This document shows, piece by piece, positions 28,201 through 37,830 of a stretch of DNA of 64,000 nt. The notes under the pieces were generated by a model, which saw only the letters and a list, made by a program, of their open reading frames with translations, was not told where the DNA came from and did no database searches. The DNA is from Vulcanimicrobiales bacterium. GTDB lineage: Bacteria > Vulcanimicrobiota > Vulcanimicrobiia > Vulcanimicrobiales > Vulcanimicrobiaceae. A program made the position numbers and the translations under genes. Within the stretch, counting starts at the first letter, position 1; the number at the start of each line of letters is the position of its first letter. Location: contig JBBQQR010000002.1 in assembly GCA_038215615.1 (NCBI GenBank), forward strand, positions 32,001 to 96,000, given 5' to 3'.

Positions 28201-30735
28201 TTGTCAACCGAGATCCTCATATCGAGCGATCCCTGGGAAAACCGGGTCGCAATCCTCGAGGACAAGGTCCTCGCTGAACTCTACATCGAGCGTGAAGAAA
28301 AAGTCATCGGCTCGATCTTCAAAGGAAAAGTCCAAAACGTTCTGCCCGGAATGGGCGCGAGTTTTGTCGACATCGGACTGGGACGCAACGCGTTTCTTTA
28401 CGTAGACGACATCAATAAAACGCCGCTGAATATCGGCGACGTTGAAATCACGCAAGGGCGCAGCGGCTGGACGATCGGCGAAAAAGTCAACCGCGGCGAC
28501 GACGTGCTGGTCCAAATCGTCAAGGAACCGCGCGGCCTCAAAGGCGCGCGCATCAGCACCAACATCTCGCTGCCCGGGCGCTACCTGATTCTGATGCCGA
28601 CCGGCAAGTACAGCGGCGTCTCGCGCAAGATCGATACGGCCGAAGAACGCAACCGCCTCAAGGCCGTCATGAAGCGCATCCGCCCCGAGGGTATGGCGAC
28701 CGTGGTGCGGACGGCCGCGGCCGGCGTGAGCGAAGCCGAATTGATCGCCGATCTGGGCGTGCTCATTCGCATGTGGCACGGCATCCTGGAAATGTACAAG
28801 CGCGCTGCCTCCCCCGCTCTGCTGCACAAAGACATGAACCTCGTTTACAAAGCCGCCCGCGATTTCGTGAGCGCCGATGTCGACAAAGTCTTGATCGACA
28901 ACGAGGAAGAGTACCGCAAGGTCTGCAGCTTCTTGCAACTGCTCGGCCCGCAATATCTCGACCGTGTCGCGTATTATCCGGGCGGCTCGTCGCTCTTTGC
29001 CGACTACAAAATCGACGAAGAGATCCAGCGGCTGATGAAGCCGAAGATCAATCTGCCCTCGGGCGGCTCGATCGTGATCGAAACGACCGAGGCGCTCACC
29101 GTGATCGATGTCAACTCGGGAAAATTCACGGGCGGTAAGAATCTGGAAGATACGATCGTCAAGACCAACATTGAGGCCGCGGCGGAGATCGCGCGCCAAG
29201 TGCGTCTGCGCGACATCGGCGGCATCATTGTCTGCGATTTCATCGACATGAGCTCCGAGGCCGCGCGCAACAAAGTCGTCGGCGTTCTCGAAGAAGGACT
29301 GCGCCGCGACCGTACGCGTGCCACCATTCAGTCGTTCAGCAACCTGGGACTCTTAGAATTTACGCGCAAGCGCGTCGGCAAAGATCTCTCGGCGCAGCTG
29401 CGCGGAGCGTGTCCGGATTGCAGCGGCTTGGGAACGGTGCTTTCCTCACAGTCGGTCGCGATCGAAACGCTGCGCAAACTGCGCTCGCAGCCGCTCAACG
29501 GAAAGCTGCTGCTGGTCGAAAGTTCGCCCGGCGTCGCGGCCCAGCTCGAATTCTGGTACGAAGACGAAACCCGCAAACTCGCCGAACAGCTCGAAGCGAC
29601 GATCCACGTCCGGATCGATCCGCTGTTGCACCCGGAAAAAACCCGTATCCGCAGCGTTACCGAAGTTCCGCCGGATGCCGCCGTTCGCGTCGGGGACGAA
29701 CGCGAAGTGGAATTGCTTCCCGGCCGTCTCCCCAATCCGACGTCAGCCGCTGCCGTTATCGGCACGCGTCTCGTCGAAGTGGAAAACGGCGCGAACATGG
29801 CCGGTCAAAGCGCGCGCATTAAAGTTATCGACGTCGAAGATGACAAAGCGCTGGCGGAACTCGCGGTCGCAGCGCCGGGTGAAAAAAAGAAACGGCGCCG
29901 CCGCCGTCCGGGCAAAGCGCTCACGCCTGCCGAGCAAGCCGAGCAGCTGCGCGAGCTGGCCGAAGAAGCCGCCAAACAGTCGTCGGCGCGTCCGCCGATC
30001 GGCATTACGACCGTTACCGAGGAAGAGGAACGCGAAGACAAAGCGATCGTCGCCGAGACGAAAGCCGAGCGCGCTCCCGAAGCAATTCTGATCGGCGAAG
30101 GCGCCGAGGTCCACGAAGGCGGACGCCACCGCCGCCGCGGGCGCCGCCGCCGCGGACGGGGCGGCCACGGTGCCGCCACCGGTAATGGCCAGCCCATCGC
30201 GCCTGCCGCCGGGATTCCACCGCCGAGTGTCGAGATTCAACCCCAGGTTCCGGCCCATCGCCAACCGTCAGGTCCGCCGCCGGTCGACGGCGACCCGCTG
30301 CGCCGCCGCCGTCGCCGCCGCCGTGGCGGCCGGGGACGCGGCGAGGGAGCCGGTCCAGGCGCCGTGCCGATGCAGCCCGGGCAGCCGAGGCCGCCTGCGC
30401 CGCCGCCGCCCGTTCCAGAGCGCCACGTTTTCCGAGTCGCACGCGACGGCCGGGCAGAACCGACCGGAGTAACGGCGCCGCCGCAGCCTATTCGCGCGAT
30501 TGCACCCTGGAACCGCAAGCTTCAGCCGCCTGCGGTGGAAGCTCCGGCGCCCGCTTTACACGTGCCCGAAGAACCGGCGAAGCCGACGAAACCCGCCCGG
30601 CGCCGCCGCGCGCCAAAAGCGGAGCCCGTCGCCGCACTGCCCGCTGCGCCGGACGAAGCAAAACCGAAGAAGACGACGCGTGCGCGTAAGACCACTGCCG
30701 TAAAGAGCACGGCACGCAAAAAGAAATCGACTTAG
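28201..30735 (+). CDS. rne: Ribonuclease E/G family, with TRAM-like domain and Arg/Pro-rich disordered C-terminus
   Basis: GKVQNVLPGM..FVDIG (S1), LPSGG.IVIE.TEALTVIDVNSG, LRDIGGIIV.DFIDM, CPDCSG Zn-link; TTG start with strong SD. Confidence 0.92.
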   Translation: MSTEILISSDPWENRVAILEDKVLAELYIEREEKVIGSIFKGKVQNVLPGMGASFVDIGLGRNAFLYVDDINKTPLNIGDVEITQGRSGWTIGEKVNRGDDVLVQIVKEPRGLKGARISTNISLPGRYLILMPTGKYSGVSRKIDTAEERNRLKAVMKRIRPEGMATVVRTAAAGVSEAELIADLGVLIRMWHGILEMYKRAASPALLHKDMNLVYKAARDFVSADVDKVLIDNEEEYRKVCSFLQLLGPQYLDRVAYYPGGSSLFADYKIDEEIQRLMKPKINLPSGGSIVIETTEALTVIDVNSGKFTGGKNLEDTIVKTNIEAAAEIARQVRLRDIGGIIVCDFIDMSSEAARNKVVGVLEEGLRRDRTRATIQSFSNLGLLEFTRKRVGKDLSAQLRGACPDCSGLGTVLSSQSVAIETLRKLRSQPLNGKLLLVESSPGVAAQLEFWYEDETRKLAEQLEATIHVRIDPLLHPEKTRIRSVTEVPPDAAVRVGDEREVELLPGRLPNPTSAAAVIGTRLVEVENGANMAGQSARIKVIDVEDDKALAELAVAAPGEKKKRRRRRPGKALTPAEQAEQLRELAEEAAKQSSARPPIGITTVTEEEEREDKAIVAETKAERAPEAILIGEGAEVHEGGRHRRRGRRRRGRGGHGAATGNGQPIAPAAGIPPPSVEIQPQVPAHRQPSGPPPVDGDPLRRRRRRRRGGRGRGEGAGPGAVPMQPGQPRPPAPPPPVPERHVFRVARDGRAEPTGVTAPPQPIRAIAPWNRKLQPPAVEAPAPALHVPEEPAKPTKPARRRRAPKAEPVAALPAAPDEAKPKKTTRARKTTAVKSTARKKKST

Positions 30736-31358
30736 CGCACGTCTTCGTCGACTACGACGGAACCGTAACCGACCTCGACACGTTTGACGTGCTCGTGCAG
30801 CATTATGCCGGGCCGGACGAATGGGCGCGTTACGAAGAGCACCTTCAAGCCGGCTCGATGTCTCTGCGGGATACGTTGGCGTCGCAGGCACGCTTTGTGC
30901 GCGGAACGCTGGACGAAGCCGACGAGCTGCTGGCGGCGTCGACGCGCGTCGATCCCACCTTCGCCCACTTTTCACAACGATGCGGCTCCCTGGGCGTCGA
31001 CCTTACGATTGTCAGTTCCGGAATCGTGCCGCTGATCGCGCGCGCGTTAGAGCGCAACGGCCTCGCGCACATTCCCATTTTGGCAAACGAGGTTTCGACC
31101 CACGATAGCGGCTGGAGGCTGCACTTCCGCGACGACTCGCTCAACGGGCACGATAAAGCCGCAGCCGTGCGAACAGCTTCGGCTTTCGGAAAAGTCGCCT
31201 ACGTTGGAGATGGATACTCAGACTATGAAGCCGCGCTCGTGGCGGAAGTGCGCTTCGCAAAGCGCGGCCGCAGTCTCGAGCGTTACCTGCGAGACCGCGG
31301 CGTTGCCTTTACTGCGTTTTCGAACTTCGCCGAGGTAGAAGCGGCGCTATTTGATTAG
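30726..31358 (+). CDS. MtnX-like HAD-IB phosphatase; start codon uncertain
   Basis: In-frame VFVDYDGT motif I lies upstream of the ORF-track start 30789; IVSSG, GHDK, VGDGYSD motifs. Confidence 0.8.
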   Translation: MDLAHVFVDYDGTVTDLDTFDVLVQHYAGPDEWARYEEHLQAGSMSLRDTLASQARFVRGTLDEADELLAASTRVDPTFAHFSQRCGSLGVDLTIVSSGIVPLIARALERNGLAHIPILANEVSTHDSGWRLHFRDDSLNGHDKAAAVRTASAFGKVAYVGDGYSDYEAALVAEVRFAKRGRSLERYLRDRGVAFTAFSNFAEVEAALFD

Positions 31359-32683
31359 CCGCCGCTCGCACGTGCGATGCGGTCGTTGAGGAACTGGACC
31401 GCCCGGCCGAGTTGTGCATCGCGCGCCGGATCGCCGAACCGGAAGCCGGCTCCCTTGTTTTCGATCACTTGAATGTCGGGCGTGATGCCTACCAGGTTGA
31501 TGTCGCGGTTGTGCGGCGTTAAGTAGCGCGCGTCGGTGATTTTGATAGCCGAGCCGTCCGGAAGCGCGACGATCTCTTGCACGACGCCCTTTCCGAAAGT
31601 TTTCGTGCCGATGATGGTGCCTACGCCGCTGTCTTGAATCGCGGCCGTCGTGATCTCAGATGCCGACGCCGTATGGTCGTTCACCAGAACCGCTAGCGGA
31701 ACGGGCGGGATGGCCGTATCTTCGGCCTCATACGTCGTGACGTTTGACGCGCGCGACTCGACCGACACGATCGGTCCGCTCGCGATGAACTTCGAGCTCA
31801 CCGAAATTGCGGCATCCAGATACCCGCCGCCGTTATCGCGCAGGTCGAGCACCAGCGCGCGCGCACCCTGTTGCTGCAAACGGTCCAATGCCTGCTGCAG
31901 TTCGGCGCCGGTATTTTGTCCGAAGACGGTCAGCTCGACGTATCCGATTTTGCCGGGCAGCATTTTTTCGTAGACGGAAAGCTCTCGAATCGTGGCGCGC
32001 ACGATCGTGATCGGCGCCGACAGTAACTGCCCGCCGCGCACGATCGTGAGTTTGACCGGCGTGCCGGCCTTGCCGCGCAAGTGCGAAGAAGCTTCGGGAA
32101 GCTTCATGTTTTTGGTGGATATCCCGTCGATCGCCGAAATGATGTCGCCTTCTTGCACGCCGGCCTTGTCAGCGGGGCCGTCCGGAATGACGTTGCTGAC
32201 GTCGATGAATTTGGTCGCATCGTCTTGTTCGATCACGATGCCCGTGCCGGCAAACGAGCCGCCGTTGAGTCCTTGGTTGAGGTCGGCGTACTCTTTGGGC
32301 GTCAGGAACGTTGTGTACCGGTCGTGTACGGAACTCAGCATCCCGGCGATCGCCGCGTAGGCGAGCAGATGCGAACTGATCTTGCCGTGCGCCAAACGCG
32401 TTGCAACATCGACCTCGTGGCCGACCGCGCGCGCCGTGCGGGCGGAGCTGTCTGCCGCGAAGATGGGCGGCAGGCCCGCGCCTATTCCGGCCAGGCGAAG
32501 CTGCTTGGACAGCTCGGCGCGGGCACCGTTGACGATTGCCTGAGCGTCGGTCTTCCGGTAGAAGTCGGCGCGCAATTTTTCGTAGCTGAACTGAATCTCG
32601 CTCGCGTCCAGCGGAGCGATTTGTTGGGGCGCGGCTGCGGTCAGAAAAGCGGCGGCGCAGATCAGGGCGATGTAACGGTTCAT
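31355..32683 (-). CDS. S41 carboxyl-terminal processing protease (PDZ + S41), copy 2
   Basis: DLRDNGGG, TASASEI, GTKTFGKGVVQ, YLTP, GITPD; start MNRYIAL. Confidence 0.93.
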   Translation of the reverse strand: MNRYIALICAAAFLTAAAPQQIAPLDASEIQFSYEKLRADFYRKTDAQAIVNGARAELSKQLRLAGIGAGLPPIFAADSSARTARAVGHEVDVATRLAHGKISSHLLAYAAIAGMLSSVHDRYTTFLTPKEYADLNQGLNGGSFAGTGIVIEQDDATKFIDVSNVIPDGPADKAGVQEGDIISAIDGISTKNMKLPEASSHLRGKAGTPVKLTIVRGGQLLSAPITIVRATIRELSVYEKMLPGKIGYVELTVFGQNTGAELQQALDRLQQQGARALVLDLRDNGGGYLDAAISVSSKFIASGPIVSVESRASNVTTYEAEDTAIPPVPLAVLVNDHTASASEITTAAIQDSGVGTIIGTKTFGKGVVQEIVALPDGSAIKITDARYLTPHNRDINLVGITPDIQVIENKGAGFRFGDPARDAQLGRAVQFLNDRIARASGG

Positions 32684-32690
32684 AGTCTCT

Positions 32691-34103
32691 CTAACGCGTG
32701 AAGCGGTCCAGATATGCCTTGGCGGCTTGCAGTTGTTTGTCTTTCGGGGTGTCAATCAGTCGAAAATCCAGTAATTGCGCGACGTTTTGATCCGGCGCGA
32801 TGCCCTTATGTTGGATATCGCGTCCGGCCGGGGTGAGGTAGCGCTCGGTCGTGATCTTCAGCGCGCCCCCGTTGGGCATCGTGTAGATACCCTGGACGAC
32901 GCCTTTTCCGTAGGTCTGCGTGCCGATGAGCGTAGCCATTTTGTAATCCTGAAGCGCGCCGGCCGTGATCTCCGAGGAACTGGCCGTGTAACCGTTGACC
33001 AGCACGACAAGCGGGCGCAAGCCTGAAATGTACTCGCCGGTCGCATCCTTAGAGTTTTTGTCGCCCGCGCGGTCGATCTCGGTGACGATCGTTCCGTGCG
33101 GTACGAAGTAACTCGAAATATTGACCGCTGCATCGAGCAACCCGCCCCCATTGAACCGCAGGTCGAGGATGTATCCCTTGGCGTGCTTGGCCTTCCCCTG
33201 CAGCAGCGCTTTGCGAATCTCGGTCGCGGAAGTTTGTCCGAAGTCGCTCAAACGGATATAGTCGTAGCCGTTCTCCATTTTGGCGTGCACGGTCGGGACA
33301 TGGATGATCTCGCGCGTGATGCGGAAGTTACTTCGCGCCGTTCCTTTATAAGGATGAGTCTTGAGCGTAACCTGAGTGCCTTCCGGCCCCCGGATCAAGC
33401 GCTCGACGCGGTCGAGCGTGAAGCCCTTTACTGTATGTCCGTCGACGGTGTCGAGGAGCGCGCCGGCCTGCATGCCCGCGCGCGCGGCCGGCAAATCGGG
33501 GATCGGTTGCAGCAGCACTTGGCCGTTCTTGAGCTGATAAATGAAGACGCCGATGCCGCCGAAATCGCCGCCGTTAAGCTGCTCGTTGAGCGCACGAATC
33601 TGCTCGGGCGGCAGATAGACCGTGTAGGTATCGTTGACCGACTTGAGCATCCCCGAAAGCGCAGCCTGCGTGAGATCTGCCGGCGCGATCCCCAAGGGTG
33701 CGTAGCGGTTGCGCGCGGAGGCGAGCTGACTGTCGAGTGCCGAGAGCGCTTGCGTTTCATCGTTGCCGGCGGGCACGGCGGCAATCTGTGGCGCAATGTG
33801 TTTCTTTTTTAATGCATCCTTGAGATACGAAAGCATACCCGCGCGTTCGCCCGCGACAAGCGTTTGCGGGTCGACGCCTTTGTAGTAGCTCTGCTCGACT
33901 TGATCGAACGCGACCCGAAGGAGCTCGTTATCCGAATCGCTGCCCGATCCCAGGTTCACATTGAGTGAAGCGAGCTGATCCGCCAAGGGCGCGCGCGCGG
34001 CCGCCGGCCCCGGCGCGGTACGCGACGCGAAATACCACGCTCCCGCGAAAAAAGCAGCGGTAATGGCAAGCGCGATAATGAGCGCGCGAACGGGTGACGG
34101 CAT
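32691..34103 (-). CDS. S41 carboxyl-terminal processing protease (PDZ + S41), copy 1
   Basis: DLRFNGGG, TASSSEI, GTQTYGKGVVQ, YLTP.G..I..KGI.PD. Confidence 0.93.
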   Translation of the reverse strand: MPSPVRALIIALAITAAFFAGAWYFASRTAPGPAAARAPLADQLASLNVNLGSGSDSDNELLRVAFDQVEQSYYKGVDPQTLVAGERAGMLSYLKDALKKKHIAPQIAAVPAGNDETQALSALDSQLASARNRYAPLGIAPADLTQAALSGMLKSVNDTYTVYLPPEQIRALNEQLNGGDFGGIGVFIYQLKNGQVLLQPIPDLPAARAGMQAGALLDTVDGHTVKGFTLDRVERLIRGPEGTQVTLKTHPYKGTARSNFRITREIIHVPTVHAKMENGYDYIRLSDFGQTSATEIRKALLQGKAKHAKGYILDLRFNGGGLLDAAVNISSYFVPHGTIVTEIDRAGDKNSKDATGEYISGLRPLVVLVNGYTASSSEITAGALQDYKMATLIGTQTYGKGVVQGIYTMPNGGALKITTERYLTPAGRDIQHKGIAPDQNVAQLLDFRLIDTPKDKQLQAAKAYLDRFTR

Positions 34104-34149
34104 ACTCGCTTAGTACCCACTTCCGCGGAAGCGAGTTTCGGCCCGGCCG

Positions 34150-35319
34150 TTAATGCAGGTAGGCCGTCGGATCGACCGGTTTTCCCGAGATGCGGACCTC
34201 GAAATGCAAGTGAGGCCCCGTCGAGGCGCCGGTTGACCCGACCGCGCCGATGGCTTGCCCGCGCACAACCTGCTGGCCGTTGGAGACGAAGATGCGCGAG
34301 AGGTGCCCGTATCCGGTCGACATCCCGCCGCCGTGATCGATCAAAATGTAATTCCCGTAGCCGCCGTACCAGCCGGCCGAGATGATCGTTCCCGATGCTG
34401 CCGCGGTCACGGTCGTTCCCATGTTCGCGCCGATATCGAGACCTTGATGAAATTCCGCTCCGCCTCCGAATGGACTGCGGCGCCAGCCGAACGGCGATGT
34501 GATCACGCCGGTTACCGGCCATCCGAGCGCGCCCGGAGCAATTTCCGGGGTCGTAATGCCGGCGGCGCGGCGCGCCGCCGCTACCTGCGCTTCGCGTTCG
34601 CGGATGAGTGCGACGAGCTGATCGTTTTCGGCTTGGCTCAAGCCCTCCATCTCGGCAACTTGCCCGGCGACGTGATGGCGCTGCGCGTCGGCCAGCGCGA
34701 CGAGATTTCCACGTTCCTGAGCGAGAACGTCGAGCTGGTTGCGCGCGCGTTGCTGCGCGAGCTGCTCCGACTCAAGAGCAGACTGCGCACCCTGCAGCGC
34801 TTGCTGTGCGAGGCGGACTTTTTTCTCGGCGGCTTTTCGCTCGCGCACCGCGCGCTGGTTGGCCGCAATCAGTAGGCCCAAATCTTGCCAACGCTCGACA
34901 AAATCGGAAAACGATTTGGCCGCCATCAGCACGCTGAGATAACCAAGGTCGCCGCGTTCGTAGGTATCGATTAGCCGCCGCTTGAGTAAATTGTCGTGCA
35001 GCGCCAGCGTCTTGCGCGCCGCGTTGAGCTGGACCGTATTTACGTCGAGTCTGCGCTGCGTTTGGGCCGCTTGCGAGGCCAGGCTTCCCAGGCGCGAGCT
35101 CACTTCACCGATCGAGTGATTCGTTTGGTCGAGCGCGCCCTGCAGGTTGGTTACGCGCACGGTTGCCGCGTGCAGCTCCGCCCGCTTCTGATGGAGCCGT
35201 TGGTCGATCGCTGCCTTCTTCGCTTGTTCGGCACGTATGCGCGAGTTGAGATCGGACGGCAGCGCCGTTGCGGGAACGAGGCCCAGCAATACTACGACGG
35301 CGGCCAGTCTGCGGATCAT
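34150..35319 (-). CDS. Coiled-coil M23 peptidase (EnvC/CwlO-like FtsEX partner)
   Basis: Signal peptide, long coiled coil, intact HQGLD and HLH zinc ligands, GYGN..IDHG. Confidence 0.9.
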   Translation of the reverse strand: MIRRLAAVVVLLGLVPATALPSDLNSRIRAEQAKKAAIDQRLHQKRAELHAATVRVTNLQGALDQTNHSIGEVSSRLGSLASQAAQTQRRLDVNTVQLNAARKTLALHDNLLKRRLIDTYERGDLGYLSVLMAAKSFSDFVERWQDLGLLIAANQRAVRERKAAEKKVRLAQQALQGAQSALESEQLAQQRARNQLDVLAQERGNLVALADAQRHHVAGQVAEMEGLSQAENDQLVALIREREAQVAAARRAAGITTPEIAPGALGWPVTGVITSPFGWRRSPFGGGAEFHQGLDIGANMGTTVTAAASGTIISAGWYGGYGNYILIDHGGGMSTGYGHLSRIFVSNGQQVVRGQAIGAVGSTGASTGPHLHFEVRISGKPVDPTAYLH

Positions 35320-36242
35320 TGGCGGCGCTTATCTTTCACGTAAACCGAACCCCCGATCGACTTGGCATAGCGTTTTAGCTCGGCGGCCGTTTCACCGATT
35401 TGCGCGTAATCGGTCAGTTGACGCTGCTCGCTCGAAACGAGCGCTATCGATAGCGACATGATCGCGTACCGGTTGAGCGCGCCGCGCCTATCGTGCGTTT
35501 CGATAAAACCTTGGCGGAGGTCCTGCGGACGGTACAGATCGCGAATGCCGCGATCGAAATCGGCGATGATCTCTCGCGCGACTTCTTCGCCGCGTTCGGG
35601 CAGCGTGACGATCAAAAAGTCGTCGCCACCGATATGTCCGACGAAATCCTTATGCGTCCCGCGTCGGCGCACGATGTCGACCGCGATCGACGCGACCATG
35701 CGGATAGCCTCGTCTCCGTGCGTAAATCCGTAGACGTCGTTGAAGGCTTTGAAGTTGTCGATATCCATGTAGAGCACGGCGAACGGCGCCTGCGACTCGA
35801 TGCGACGGCGCAGCTCGGCTTCGATCGCCAGGTTGCCGGGCAACTTCGTCAGCGGCGATAGCGATGCGTCCATCTCGACGCGTGCGATTTTCGCGCGCAC
35901 CCGCGCCAGCAGCTCCTGCGGCCCGAACGGTTTGGTGATGTAGTCGTCGGCGCCGGCCTCGAAGCCGGCGAGTTTGTCTTCGACCTCACCTTTGGCGGTC
36001 AGCATGATGATCGGCACGTGCGCGCTTGCAGGCTGCGCGCGAATATGCCGCGCCAACTCGTAGCCGTCCATAGCCGGCATCATGACGTCGAGCACGACCA
36101 GGTCGGGCTGCAGCGTTTCCAACGTCCGCAAAGCATCGGCAGCGCTTGGCACGGCGATGACCTCGTATCCCGCAAGTTCCAAGTTCGTCTGGATGATCTT
36201 GCGCAGGTTGCGGTCGTCGTCGACGACCAAGATTTGGGGCAT
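35316..36242 (-). CDS. Response regulator with GGDEF-type output domain
   Basis: REC: VVDDD, LDVMMP, LTAK, KPF; cyclase: LTKLPGN, DIDNFKAFNDVYG..GD, HIGGDDF. Confidence 0.9.
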   Translation of the reverse strand: MPQILVVDDDRNLRKIIQTNLELAGYEVIAVPSAADALRTLETLQPDLVVLDVMMPAMDGYELARHIRAQPASAHVPIIMLTAKGEVEDKLAGFEAGADDYITKPFGPQELLARVRAKIARVEMDASLSPLTKLPGNLAIEAELRRRIESQAPFAVLYMDIDNFKAFNDVYGFTHGDEAIRMVASIAVDIVRRRGTHKDFVGHIGGDDFLIVTLPERGEEVAREIIADFDRGIRDLYRPQDLRQGFIETHDRRGALNRYAIMSLSIALVSSEQRQLTDYAQIGETAAELKRYAKSIGGSVYVKDKRRQ

Positions 36243-36937
36243 CAGTCGCGCTTGGGCAGCGAGATCGTGAAGGTAGTGCCGCGGCCGGACTCGCTTTGTG
36301 CGTGGATTTTTCCGCCGTGCGCGCGCACGATTGCGCGGGCGATGTAGAGTCCGAGTCCGCTGCCGCCTGCTGCGTCGACAACCTCAGAATTCGCGCGATA
36401 AAAACGCTCGAAGACATAGGGGAGGTCGTCGCCGGAGATGCCGATCCCCGAATCACTGACCTCTACGAACGTGCCGTCGGCTTCTTCGCGCGCGCGAATT
36501 GCGATCGCGCCGCCCTCGGGAGAATATTTGATTGCGTTCTCGATCAGGTTGCGGAAAAGATCGCGCAAGCGGTCGGGGTCGCCGGAAACGCAAGCGCCCG
36601 CCGTCTCGCGTCGAACCGGGTGACGTTCGGTGTCGAAATGTATCTCCGCTAAAGCTTCGTCCAACACCGCGTCGAGCGGCACGGTCGTTCGCCTGCGCAG
36701 CAGTTGACCCGCTTCGACGCGCGTTACCAGCAGAAGGTCGTCGATTAAACGCGAGAGGCGGTCAGCCTGTTCTTCGATGATGCGCAGATACTCTTCGCGT
36801 TTTTCCGCAAAGAGCTCGGGGTTTTGACGAAGTGTTGCGGTGTAAGCTTTTATCGCGGCGAGCGGGGTCTTGAGCTCGTGCGAAACAGTGCTGACGAGCT
36901 CATTCTTGAGTTGTTCGATTTCGTCGATACGGCGCAT
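36242..36937 (-). CDS. Cytoplasmic histidine kinase lacking a sensor domain
   Basis: VSHELKTPL about 18 aa from the start; NLIENAIKYS, DSGIGI, FERFYR, GSGLGL. Confidence 0.88.
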   Translation of the reverse strand: MRRIDEIEQLKNELVSTVSHELKTPLAAIKAYTATLRQNPELFAEKREEYLRIIEEQADRLSRLIDDLLLVTRVEAGQLLRRRTTVPLDAVLDEALAEIHFDTERHPVRRETAGACVSGDPDRLRDLFRNLIENAIKYSPEGGAIAIRAREEADGTFVEVSDSGIGISGDDLPYVFERFYRANSEVVDAAGGSGLGLYIARAIVRAHGGKIHAQSESGRGTTFTISLPKRD

Positions 36938-36948
36938 AGCATCAATCT

Positions 36949-37830
36949 CTAAGCCCGTAAATACCGTCCGACCGCGAACCAGGAAGCCAGTGCCCCCACG
37001 GCCGCGCCGACGGCAAACAGCTCGAGCACGAGGGATGAGAGGTCAACGGCGACCGTATTTAAGGGAAGCCACGGAAGTGCCGAAGCGATCTTCGGAACCA
37101 GCGATGCTCGCGCCAGCGCGAGCGCGCCGACGGCAATGGCGGTTCCGGCAACGCCTGCCAGCAGACCTTCGCAGATGAACGGCATGCGAATGTACATGTT
37201 GGTCGCGCCGACGAGCTGCATGATCGAAATCTCGCGCCGCCGCGCGAAGACGGTCAGGCGGATCGTATTGGAGATGATGATGCCCGCGACCAGCAAGAAA
37301 AGCACGATGACTGCTATACCCACCGGACGCATGACCGCCGCCAACTGGAGCAGCCGCTGTACCACCTCCCGTCCGTACTCCACGTTCTGCACGTGCGGCA
37401 GGCGGGCGACGCTCCGGGCTACCGCGGGAACTTCTTGCGCATCGCGGACGCGAATGCGGAACTTATCGGGCAGCGGATTCTCGGTGAGCAGCGATGTGTC
37501 GATCTGACCCTTCATCAGCCGGCGCATCTGCGCGAGCCCCTCGCTTTTGGGAATGAAGCTCACGCTGCGGATGCGCGGGTCTTGCGTCAGCTGGGCACGC
37601 AGCAGCGCTTCTTGCGCAGCGGTCGCCGCCGGATCGGCGTAGGCCGAGATCTCGATCTGACTGAAGACGCCGGACTCGGCGTGAATGAGGGCGGAACGGG
37701 CGTACAAGAAAATTCCGAGCATGACGATCGTCACTGCGACGGTGCCGATTGCCGTGATCTGCATGCCTGCGTTCCGGGTGAAGTTCCGCCGGACCTCACC
37801 CAGAAAGAATCTGATCTTGCCCCAGTCCAA
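36949..37830 (-). CDS. ftsX: Cell division permease FtsX
   Basis: ENPLPD, IISNTIRLTVFARRREI.IMQLVGAT..YIR.PF..EG; start TTG 37830 (or 37854) overlapping ftsE. Confidence 0.93.
   Translation of the reverse strand: MDWGKIRFFLGEVRRNFTRNAGMQITAIGTVAVTIVMLGIFLYARSALIHAESGVFSQIEISAYADPAATAAQEALLRAQLTQDPRIRSVSFIPKSEGLAQMRRLMKGQIDTSLLTENPLPDKFRIRVRDAQEVPAVARSVARLPHVQNVEYGREVVQRLLQLAAVMRPVGIAVIVLFLLVAGIIISNTIRLTVFARRREISIMQLVGATNMYIRMPFICEGLLAGVAGTAIAVGALALARASLVPKIASALPWLPLNTVAVDLSSLVLELFAVGAAVGALASWFAVGRYLRA

Noticed and set aside
30120..30345. CGC/CCG tandem runs as a repeat array or CRISPR
   Set aside because: They encode poly-Arg/Pro tracts of RNase E/G; there is no repeat-spacer periodicity
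36937..37020. Possible FtsX-kinase fusion by read-through or frameshift
   Set aside because: The kinase is out of frame with the ftsX stop (11-nt gap). The -1 frame is open but has no canonical slippery heptamer, and the kinase has its own ATG
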